Shown piece by piece: positions 1 through 7,593 of a stretch of 64,000 nucleotides of DNA; position 1 is the stretch's first letter; each line of letters opens with the position of its first letter. The DNA is from a virus. Lineage: Duplodnaviria; Heunggongvirae; Uroviricota; Caudoviricetes. The DNA lies in the IMG/VR virus record IMGVR_UViG_2721755811_000005; one strand, written 5' to 3'. The position numbers and the translations under genes were made by a program. The notes below the pieces were generated by a model. The model did no database searches, had not been told where the DNA came from, and saw nothing but the letters and a program-made list of their open reading frames with translations.

Positions 1-129
1 CGGGCTGTAAGCAAAGTGACGGGTTACCGACCCGCAAGGCCTTCACCCTTTGCGATATCCAATCAATGCAGGTGGAGCGCAGGATGCGCACGGGGTAGTG
101 GCCCCTATCCACCTGCACCTATTTCAGAG

Positions 130-159
130 CCCAGCCTTCGAGCTGGGCTTTTTCGTTTC
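130..159 (+). terminator. Intrinsic terminator T3 of the late-region terminator cluster: GCCCAGC / GCTGGGC stem followed by TTTTTCGTTT.
   Basis: 7-bp perfect stem, 6-nt loop, T-run; same element at 42433..42462. Confidence 0.6.
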
Positions 160-204
160 CGCCGCAAGGCAAGCCAACACGCAGCTAGGCCCGTACAGCC
201 GAAC

Positions 205-230
205 GGCGGATGTCCGCTCATCCATCCGCC
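205..230 (+). promoter_or_regulatory. 8-bp perfect hairpin GGCGGATG-N10-CATCCGCC immediately upstream of the Rha gene.
   Basis: Inverted repeat read directly; no clean T-run, so the role is unknown (RNA structure or protein site). Confidence 0.4.
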
Positions 231-269
231 CCGCTGCGCTCCTTTTTCCAGGTGAGTGGAGTGGATCAG

Positions 270-800
270 ATGAGTGAAATTGATCTTGATGAGGCCAGCC
301 TGCGTGACCTGGTAATGGTCAATGACGGCCAGGTCGTAACGACATCGCTGAAGGTGGCCGAACGCTTCGGAAAGCGGCACGACAACGTCCTTCGGGCTAT
401 CGACAACTTGGATTGCTCGGCTGGTTTCCGTCTCCTCAATTTTGAGGAGACGGTCATGTGGCGGGAAAATCCGAGCGGCGGAGAACCGATCAAGAGTCGA
501 AGCTTCGACATGACCAAGGACGGCTTCATGTTCCTTGTGATGGGCTTTAGGGGTAAAGCCGCAGCTGCCTGGAAAGAAGCTTTCATCCATGCCTTCAACT
601 GGATGGCCGAGCAGTTGTTCAAACGCTCAATGGACTTCAACACCATGCGCAACGAGCTGATGGCGGAGTACCGACAGGAGCGAGGGATTGCCAGCCTGGC
701 CGGCAAGACCCTGCGTCGATGGCAGATCAGGGCACCGGTCATCGAACAGAAGATCATCGAGATCGAGCGCGAAGGGCAGTTGCAGCTGTTTCACGCCTGA
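270..800 (+). CDS. Phage regulatory protein, Rha family.
   Basis: N-terminal VTTSLKVAERFGKRHDNVLRAIDNL motif typical of Rha; ATG with GGAG-type RBS upstream; the ORF-track ORF 210..800 was trimmed to the internal ATG. Confidence 0.75.
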   Translation: MSEIDLDEASLRDLVMVNDGQVVTTSLKVAERFGKRHDNVLRAIDNLDCSAGFRLLNFEETVMWRENPSGGEPIKSRSFDMTKDGFMFLVMGFRGKAAAAWKEAFIHAFNWMAEQLFKRSMDFNTMRNELMAEYRQERGIASLAGKTLRRWQIRAPVIEQKIIEIEREGQLQLFHA

Positions 801-883
801 TCTGCCCGGAACCCACCCGACGAACGAAAGCCCGCCATTGAGCGGGCTTCGTCGTTTTAGAACCCCTGCGAGGGGCAGAGACT

Positions 884-1216
884 ATGAAAATGCCAGAACG
901 CCCTGAGACCTGGGCTGCGCTGCTTGCGTGGCTGTCTGCGCACTATCCACAGTTGTACGCCGCCGGCCTGTCCTTTGTGGTCGCGCTGACCCGGGTGATC
1001 TACGGCGGTGGAACGCGGCGCCAGGCGCTGCTCGAGGCAACGCTCTGCACCCTGATCACCTTGGGCCTGATTCCTGTCCTTGAGTGGTTTGGCCTTCCAC
1101 AGAACATGGCTACCGCTGCTGGGGTGTTCACCGGCTTCCTAGGGGTGAAGAAGATCGCCGAGTTCGCTGATCGGATCGCCGACTGGAAGTTTCCGCGCCG
1201 GGGGGCTGGCGAATGA
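884..1216 (+). CDS. S: Class I holin, lambda S-like, with MKM dual-start (antiholin/holin) motif.
   Basis: Starts MKMPE... like lambda S107/S105; three predicted TM helices; 110 aa; immediately upstream of the endolysin with overlapping stop/start. Confidence 0.85.
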   Translation: MKMPERPETWAALLAWLSAHYPQLYAAGLSFVVALTRVIYGGGTRRQALLEATLCTLITLGLIPVLEWFGLPQNMATAAGVFTGFLGVKKIAEFADRIADWKFPRRGAGE

Positions 1217-1830
1217 AGATCACCGCCGATCAACTCGACCGCGCTACCGGATGCGGTGCTGCTACCGCAACGACCTGGCTGGAGCACCTCAACGGTGCCA
1301 TGGCTCGGTTCGAGATCAACACGCCCGAGCGTGTGGCGATGTTCCTGGCTCAGGTCGGGCACGAAAGCCAGAGCCTCAAGCGCCTGGTCGAGAACCTGAA
1401 CTACTCCGCCGAGGGGCTGCTCAAGACCTGGCCGACGCGTTTTACGCCGGCCGAGGCGAAGCAATACGCCCGCAAGCCAGAGCGCATCGCGAACCGCGTC
1501 TATGCCAACAGGATGGGCAATGGGTCGCCGGATACGGGCGATGGGTATCGATACCGTGGTCGTGGCCTGATCATGATCACCGGCCACGACAACTACGCCG
1601 AAGCCGCCCGCGCCCTGGCGCTGCCACTGGTGGCGCAACCGGAGTTGCTTGAGCAACGGACCTGGGCTGCCATCGCGTCGGCATGGTGGTGGAAGTCGAG
1701 GGGTTTAAACGAACTGGCCGATCAGGGTCGCTTCGAGCGGATCACCCTCAAGATCAACAGTGGCTACAACGGCGCAGACGACCGTGCGGCTCGCCTCGAA
1801 TGGGCGCGTGCTGCGCTCAAGGGGGAATGA
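1213..1830 (+). CDS. Endolysin, glycoside hydrolase family 19 (chitinase-like lysozyme).
   Basis: FLAQVGHESQ ... YRGRGLIMITG motifs characteristic of GH19 phage endolysins. Confidence 0.85.
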   Translation: MKITADQLDRATGCGAATATTWLEHLNGAMARFEINTPERVAMFLAQVGHESQSLKRLVENLNYSAEGLLKTWPTRFTPAEAKQYARKPERIANRVYANRMGNGSPDTGDGYRYRGRGLIMITGHDNYAEAARALALPLVAQPELLEQRTWAAIASAWWWKSRGLNELADQGRFERITLKINSGYNGADDRAARLEWARAALKGE

Positions 1831-2069
1831 TGCTCGGGTTCACGACGAAAGACGAAGCTCGACAGCTCGGCGTCTCGCACCATGGCAGCTATTACGGCAT
1901 TCCGATGTGGCTGGGGGATGTCGATAGCGATTGCCCGCTGGCGTTCGCCAAGTGGGCGCCGCTTGAACTTGTCGTCTCCCTGTTCTCGGTCATCGAGGGC
2001 ATCGTCAACTCGATGCTCGATCAAGAGCCGACGTTCATGTTCAAGGTTGGTCGGAGGATCGATCCGTGA
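1827..2069 (+). CDS. Hypothetical small protein between endolysin and Rz.
   Basis: ATG overlaps the endolysin stop (ATGA); 80 aa; operon packing. Confidence 0.5.
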   Translation: MMLGFTTKDEARQLGVSHHGSYYGIPMWLGDVDSDCPLAFAKWAPLELVVSLFSVIEGIVNSMLDQEPTFMFKVGRRIDP

Positions 2070-2536
2070 CCTGGCGGCCATGGTTGGTGGTCGCCCTGGT
2101 AGCCGCGCTGGTGTTCTGGCGCCTCGATCACGTTACTGCTCAGCGTGATGACCTGAAGGCCGCCGTCGAGCAATCCGCTGAGACGATCACCGCCATGGCC
2201 CAGCAGGCCCAGCGCGACACCCAGGCGCAGGTCCAGACCGATGCCCTGGCCCGAACCTACCAAGCAGCACTACAGGCCTCCCATGAAGAAAACCAATTGC
2301 GCCGCGATGCTATCGGCACTGGTGCTCGCGTCGTGTACGTCAAAGCCCGCTGCCCCGCAGACGGAATGCACCCGGCTCCCGGAGCCTCCGGCAGCGCTGA
2401 TGCAGGAAGAGCCGTCCTTGCTGCCGCTGATGGACAAGTTGTTTCTGATCTCCGAGCCGGAGTCGAGCGACGCGAACTGATGATTGAGGCGCTGCGTAAG
2501 CACATCGCCGGCCTGCCGAGGTATTGCAGAAGATGA
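2066..2536 (+). CDS. Rz: Rz-like i-spanin.
   Basis: N-terminal TM helix (WLVVALVAALVFW) followed by a coiled-coil; GTG start overlapping the previous stop; embedded Rz1 in the +1 frame. Confidence 0.75.
   Translation: MTWRPWLVVALVAALVFWRLDHVTAQRDDLKAAVEQSAETITAMAQQAQRDTQAQVQTDALARTYQAALQASHEENQLRRDAIGTGARVVYVKARCPADGMHPAPGASGSADAGRAVLAAADGQVVSDLRAGVERRELMIEALRKHIAGLPRYCRR
2283..2480 (+). CDS. Rz1: Rz1-like o-spanin lipoprotein, embedded within Rz in an alternate frame.
   Basis: MKKTNCAAMLSALVLASC has a lipobox (LASC) and a Pro-rich mature part; entirely inside Rz. Confidence 0.7.
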   Translation: MKKTNCAAMLSALVLASCTSKPAAPQTECTRLPEPPAALMQEEPSLLPLMDKLFLISEPESSDAN

Positions 2537-3276
2537 TCAGTATCAAGCCGGAAGGGTTCCGGCAGCAGCTCGCCGACCTGACTGAGCTTGAGCAGAGGCA
2601 GATTCCTTACGCGACAGCCACTGCGCTTACGCGGACCGCGCAAGGCCTGACGGATCGATTGCGCGATGAGATGCGTGTCGTGTTCGACCGCCCGACCCCG
2701 TACACCCTGAACAGCCTGCGCATGGTGCCAGCCAGGAAAGACCGGCTGGAAGCGCGGGTTTGGTTCAAGGACGAAGCGGACGGTGCGCAGCCTGCATCGG
2801 TGTGGATTGCCCCTGAGGTCTACGGTGGCCCGCGTCGGAACAAGCCGGCCGAACTTCAGCTCAGGGCCAAGGGGATACTGCCAGAAGGCAAGTACGTGGT
2901 GCCCGGCGCCGGCGCGGACCTGGATCGCTACGGGAACATCAGGCGCGGCCAGGTCACCAAGGCGTTGAGCGGCATCCGCGGCTTCAGCCAGGCCGGGTAC
3001 AACGCGAACGCGACCGATAGCAGACGGAGCAGGGCGAAGGGTAATGCTCGCCGCTACTTCGTCATGACCCGTAAGGGCCAGCCCATAGGCATTGCTGAGC
3101 GCACAGGCCGAGGCCGGGATGCTGTCTCGGTCATCATGGCCTTCGTGTCTCGCCCTTCGTACCGCCGCCGGCTGAGCTTCTTCGAGATCGCGCAGCAGTA
3201 CGCCGACGAGAACCTGCCGCGCGAGTTCGAGGTGGCGATGCGCGGCGTTGCTGCTCGGTTCGCTGCGAGGCGCTGA
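2524..3276 (+). CDS. Hypothetical protein (250 aa) between the lysis cassette and cos.
   Basis: Long ORF in the phage coding strand and GC frame; no recognisable motif. Confidence 0.55.
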   Translation: MQKMISIKPEGFRQQLADLTELEQRQIPYATATALTRTAQGLTDRLRDEMRVVFDRPTPYTLNSLRMVPARKDRLEARVWFKDEADGAQPASVWIAPEVYGGPRRNKPAELQLRAKGILPEGKYVVPGAGADLDRYGNIRRGQVTKALSGIRGFSQAGYNANATDSRRSRAKGNARRYFVMTRKGQPIGIAERTGRGRDAVSVIMAFVSRPSYRRRLSFFEIAQQYADENLPREFEVAMRGVAARFAARR

Positions 3277-3289
3277 CTGATGCACCAAA

Positions 3290-3405
3290 GTGGTGCGTCG
3301 CGGGTCCTCCCCGGGGTGCCCCCGTCAGAGGGTAATTCGAGCCTCGTTCTCGCTCTATATACGGACATTTTTCACGACTTCCGTTTCCGGTTCCGGTTGG
3401 GTATC
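3290..3405. promoter_or_regulatory. Candidate cos region: GC-rich dyad (CCTCCCCGGGGTGCCCCCG), an AT-rich possible IHF site (CTCTATATACGGACATTTTTCAC), then TTCCGGTT-type repeats (possible TerS R sites).
   Basis: Position immediately upstream of the Nu1-like terS, as in lambda; motifs read directly. Confidence 0.4.
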
Positions 3406-3407
3406 GC

Positions 3408-3935
3408 ATGGCAACTCAGATCGAAGTGGCGAAGCACCTCGATCTCAGTGATCGCCAGGTGCGCAATCTCATCGCAGACGGTGTGCTGCCTGGCTCCAAG
3501 GGCAGGGGCGGGTTCGACGTGGATGCATGCCGGCTGGCCTATATCCGCTATCTGCGAGGACTCGGAAACGCTCAGGTCAAACCGGAAACGGCCCCAGACT
3601 CTGGCGACATAGACCCGCTGATCGAATACCGGCTCACTCAAGAGCGCCTGCGGCTTACTGCGGCCCAGTCCGAGGCTCAGGAGCTAAAGAACGAAGTAAC
3701 CAAGAAGCGGCTGATACCTGCTGAATTCATCACCTTCGCTTTCGCAAAATTCATTCCGGCCGCCGGATCGATATTCGATACGGTGGTCATGACGCTGCGG
3801 CGCCGTCACCCCGATCTCACTCCGGGGCAACTCGACTCGATTAGCCGAGAGCTGACAAAGGCGCGCAACACTATCGCCCAGGCGGCAGATCGCCTACCGG
3901 AGTGGCATGACGAGTTTATCGACAGTGCAGATTGA
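3408..3935 (+). CDS. terS: Terminase small subunit, Nu1-like.
   Basis: N-terminal HTH (TQIEVAKHLDLSDRQVRNLIADG), about 175 aa, immediately upstream of the gpA-like large terminase. Confidence 0.7.
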   Translation: MATQIEVAKHLDLSDRQVRNLIADGVLPGSKGRGGFDVDACRLAYIRYLRGLGNAQVKPETAPDSGDIDPLIEYRLTQERLRLTAAQSEAQELKNEVTKKRLIPAEFITFAFAKFIPAAGSIFDTVVMTLRRRHPDLTPGQLDSISRELTKARNTIAQAADRLPEWHDEFIDSAD

Positions 3936-5862
3936 GGCCTGCCAGGCTGCTATGTCAGCCGGCTTACTGTCTCTGCGCCGAGACGCGCCTCAGACTCCTG
4001 TGGCATGGGCTGACGATAATTTTTACCTGTCCAGCGAATCTTCCTACCAAGAAGGTCGCTGGGAGACGCTTCCCTACCAGGTTGCGATGCTCAACGCCAT
4101 GGGCAACGACGAGATTCGAATCGTCAACGTGATCAAGTCCGCCCGTGTCGGCTACTCCAAGATGCTGCTGGCGGCCTCGGCTTACCAGATTGAGCACAAG
4201 CGTCGGCATATCGCGTTCTTCGTGCCAGATGATGGTAGCGCCGACCTGTTCATGAAGTCCGAGATCGAAACCATGATCCGGGACGTTGGAGCCGTCCGCG
4301 CGCTGGCGCCTTGGTGCGGCAAGAAGAGCCGGGACAACACGCTCGACATCAAGAAATTCAGCCATGGCAAGCAGTTGTGGTGCCGCGGCGGTAAGGCAGC
4401 GAAGAACTATCGAGCTATTTCTGCTGACACTGTCATCTATGACGAATTGGCAGCCTTTGATCACGACATCGATAAGGAGGGGTCTCCGCTCGTCCTGGGT
4501 GACAAGCGGATTGAAGGCTCTACTTTTCCGAAATCGATCAGGGGCAGCACGCCTAAGCTGCGAGGTCCAATCGATCGAGGCGGATGCCAGATTGAGGGTG
4601 CTGTCCAGAAATCGCCACACTTGCTGCGCTATCACATTCCTTGCCCTCACTGTGGCGCAGAGCAGTATTTGAAGTGGGGCGGCAAGGATTGCGCCTATGG
4701 CATCAAGTGGGACCCTGAACAGCCGGAAGATGCATGGTACGTGTGTGAGGCTACCGGTTGCCTGATCCGTTACTCAGAGGCGCTTGAGGCGCAGTACAAG
4801 GCGCGCTGGATTTGCGAAAAGACTGGAATCTGGACCCGGGATGGTTTCGACTTTTTCGATGTGGAGGGGGCGCCGATTCCTACCCCAGAGTCCATCAGCT
4901 TCCACATTTGGACAGCCTATAGCTTCTTCGTGACCTGGGGTCGGATTGCACAGGACTTCCTTCAGGCGAAGGGTAGTCGCAGCGACCTGAAGACCTTCGT
5001 CAACACAACCCTTGGCGAGACATGGGAGGAAGACCAGGGCGAGCGCGTCGAGTGGGACGTGCTGCTCGGGCGCCGCGAGGTCTGGCAAGGCGAGATACCG
5101 GCCCAGGCTGTGATCCTCACTGGCGGCGGCGACACGCAGGATGATCGCTACGAGGGGAGAGTCTGGGCATGGGGGCCAAACGAAGAGTGCTGGCTGGTTT
5201 ATCGCTTCGTGCTGATGGGTGATCCAGGTGGTGAAGAGCTGCGCCGCAAGCGCGATCTGGAACTGCACCGCCAATTCACTCGGAGCGACGGCCTCGTGAT
5301 GAAAGTGGAGCGCTGGTGTTGGGATGCTGGCGGCCACTACATCGATCAAGTCTGCGACGACAGCAAGAAGAACGGATTGCTTTGGATGATCCCCATCATC
5401 GGCGCGCCGGTTTACGGGAAGCCCATCGCCAGCTTCCCCACGAAACGCAACAAGCGAGGCGTGTACCTGACAACTGTCGGTACGGACAACGCCAAAGAGC
5501 TGTTCTACAGCCGTCTACGACTGCCCTTAGATGTGTCGAAGTCCCAGGCAGGCATTACCCAGCCCCAAGTAATCCATTTGCCGGCCAACGACCTTGTTTG
5601 CGACGAAATGGAGGTCAGGCAACTGACGTCCGAAAGCAAGGTGCTCAAGGTCGTCAAGGGTGTGCAGCAGTATCGCTGGGACAATCAAGGGCGCCGCAAC
5701 GAAGCGCTGGACTGTTTCGTGTACGCCCTGGCGGCTCTGCGAATCAGCCAGCAACGTTTCGGCCTGGACCTGGAGCGGTTGGCCGCGGCAGGAGTTGAGG
5801 CGCTGTCGCCCACTACGGATGAGCGCCCGCGGGTGCAGTCCTCTTATTGGAAGAAAGCGTGA
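3907..5862 (+). CDS. terL: Terminase large subunit, lambda gpA family.
   Basis: 651 aa; gpA-like features including the HIPCPHCGAEQYLKWG Zn-ribbon-like motif; overlaps the terS 3' end. Confidence 0.85.
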   Translation: MTSLSTVQIEACQAAMSAGLLSLRRDAPQTPVAWADDNFYLSSESSYQEGRWETLPYQVAMLNAMGNDEIRIVNVIKSARVGYSKMLLAASAYQIEHKRRHIAFFVPDDGSADLFMKSEIETMIRDVGAVRALAPWCGKKSRDNTLDIKKFSHGKQLWCRGGKAAKNYRAISADTVIYDELAAFDHDIDKEGSPLVLGDKRIEGSTFPKSIRGSTPKLRGPIDRGGCQIEGAVQKSPHLLRYHIPCPHCGAEQYLKWGGKDCAYGIKWDPEQPEDAWYVCEATGCLIRYSEALEAQYKARWICEKTGIWTRDGFDFFDVEGAPIPTPESISFHIWTAYSFFVTWGRIAQDFLQAKGSRSDLKTFVNTTLGETWEEDQGERVEWDVLLGRREVWQGEIPAQAVILTGGGDTQDDRYEGRVWAWGPNEECWLVYRFVLMGDPGGEELRRKRDLELHRQFTRSDGLVMKVERWCWDAGGHYIDQVCDDSKKNGLLWMIPIIGAPVYGKPIASFPTKRNKRGVYLTTVGTDNAKELFYSRLRLPLDVSKSQAGITQPQVIHLPANDLVCDEMEVRQLTSESKVLKVVKGVQQYRWDNQGRRNEALDCFVYALAALRISQQRFGLDLERLAAAGVEALSPTTDERPRVQSSYWKKA

Positions 5863-6065
5863 TGACCTACACCCTGGAACAATACCGAGCCCTGAAAGGG
5901 GCGGTGGCGGAGGGGGCGCTGTCGGTTCGTTATGCGGATCGCAGCGTCACCTACCGGTCGGTCGAAGAGATGCTGCGCATCCTCCGGTTGATGGAGGATG
6001 AACTGGGGCTTTCTGCGAACAACGACGGCGGACGCCGCTACACCTCTTTTTCCAAAGGCTACTGA
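5862..6065 (+). CDS. gpW-like head completion / head-tail joining protein.
   Basis: 67 aa; MTYTLEQYRALKGAV... resembles lambda W; ATG overlaps the terL stop; lambda gene order A-W-B. Confidence 0.65.
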   Translation: MTYTLEQYRALKGAVAEGALSVRYADRSVTYRSVEEMLRILRLMEDELGLSANNDGGRRYTSFSKGY

Positions 6066-6066
6066 C

Positions 6067-7593
6067 ATGAGCGTGTTCGAGACTTGGTTTCCCGGCCTGG
6101 CCGCGAGACGCGCCGAACAGCGCCTGAAGAAAATTCGCGCGGAGCTTTCGGCAGGTCTGCTGACTCGACGTTTCGAGGGAGCCGCGGGAGGTCGGCGCAA
6201 TGAAGGTTGGCGCTCGGCGGGGACCGATGCCAATGCCGAGAACGCCCCGGCGCTTGAGCGCCTGCGCAATCGTGCGCGGGATCTGCGCCGAAACAACCCT
6301 TACGCCGAGCGGGCGGTGGCAGGCATTGCCGACAACGTGGTGGGTTCGGGCGTGGTGCCCCGACCCATGGCGCGCAGTGACCGAGCCAACAACAAGCTGG
6401 GCGTACTATGGAGGGCATGGGCCGAGACGTTGGCCTGCGACGCCGATGGATTGGAGAACTTTTATGGCCTGCAGCACAAGGTCATGGAGGCCATTGTCGA
6501 GGCTGGCGAATGCCTGGTCCGACGGCGGAAGCGCTTCAGTAGCGATGGCTTACCCGTGCCGATGCAACTGCAAGTGCTGGAAGCGGATTTTCTCGATGAA
6601 GCGCGCAGTGGCAAGAATGGCAAGAACGAAATCATCCAGGGGGTGGAGTTCGATCCGGTGGGGCGGCGTGTCGCCTATTGGCTGTTCGACGAGCACCCCG
6701 GGAGTGCGCTGGCAATGCGCTCGTTGGAGTCGAGGCGCATTCCCGCCGAGGACGTGATTCACGTTTTTCTGTCCAAGCGCCCGGGGCAGGCGCGCGGCTA
6801 CAGCTGGCTGGCGCCGGTGATGCAGCGCATGCGCAGCTTCGACGAGATGGAGGACGCGATCATGGAGCAGGCGAAGATCGCGGCGTGCTTCGCGGCCTTC
6901 GTCACCAAGGATGAGTCGATCGCGGGGCTCGAACGAAAGAGGCCGCCGCTGATCGAGCGGATGGAGCCAGGGCTGATCCAGGAGTTGGGGACTGGCGAGA
7001 GCGTGAGCTTCGCGGCACCGCCGGTTTTCAACGGCTACTCCGCCTATTCGTGGCAGGCCCTGCATGCGATTTCCGTGGGGCTTGGAGTGCCGTACGAACT
7101 GCTGGCCGGCGACCTGAAGGGCGTCAACTTCTCCAGTGGCCGGATGGGCTGGCTGCATTTCGCCCGGCGGGTGGATGTATGGCAGTGGCGGATGCTGATT
7201 CCGCAACTCTGCGAGCCGGTCTGGAAGTGGTTCATGGAGGCGCAAGCATTGCTGCCTGGCGGCATCCTGGAAGACGCCTCGTCTGAATGGGTACCGCCGC
7301 GCCGGGACATGGTGGATCCGAGTGCCGAGGTTAGCGTGATCAAGGATCGCCTGCGCCTTGGCCTGATCACGCCAGACGATGCGCTGCGCGAGATGGGCTA
7401 CACCGACCCGGACGATGTGCTGACCCGTTATGCCGCCCACCTGTCGAAGGTGGATGAACTCGGGCTGGTTTTCGACTACGACGCGCGCAAGGTCTCCAAC
7501 GGGGGCCAGGCGCAAGCCAAACCGCAGGGGAGCAATTCCCAGCAAGCACCTGAAGAGACTTCAAAAGATGACGACAATGACCCAGACGCATGA
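6067..7593 (+). CDS. Portal protein, lambda gpB family.
   Basis: About 508 aa; position after W; conserved portal-like regions (NNPYAERAVAGIADNVVGSG...). Confidence 0.8.
   Translation: MSVFETWFPGLAARRAEQRLKKIRAELSAGLLTRRFEGAAGGRRNEGWRSAGTDANAENAPALERLRNRARDLRRNNPYAERAVAGIADNVVGSGVVPRPMARSDRANNKLGVLWRAWAETLACDADGLENFYGLQHKVMEAIVEAGECLVRRRKRFSSDGLPVPMQLQVLEADFLDEARSGKNGKNEIIQGVEFDPVGRRVAYWLFDEHPGSALAMRSLESRRIPAEDVIHVFLSKRPGQARGYSWLAPVMQRMRSFDEMEDAIMEQAKIAACFAAFVTKDESIAGLERKRPPLIERMEPGLIQELGTGESVSFAAPPVFNGYSAYSWQALHAISVGLGVPYELLAGDLKGVNFSSGRMGWLHFARRVDVWQWRMLIPQLCEPVWKWFMEAQALLPGGILEDASSEWVPPRRDMVDPSAEVSVIKDRLRLGLITPDDALREMGYTDPDDVLTRYAAHLSKVDELGLVFDYDARKVSNGGQAQAKPQGSNSQQAPEETSKDDDNDPDA

Noticed and set aside
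16-590. ORFs 16..255, 50..277 and 105..590 upstream of and overlapping the Rha gene (and their copies at 42319..42893).
   Set aside because: The region is occupied by terminator and hairpin elements. The ORFs lack RBSs, overlap one another in different frames, and have low-complexity translations. The minus-strand 105..590 is antisense to the Rha gene.
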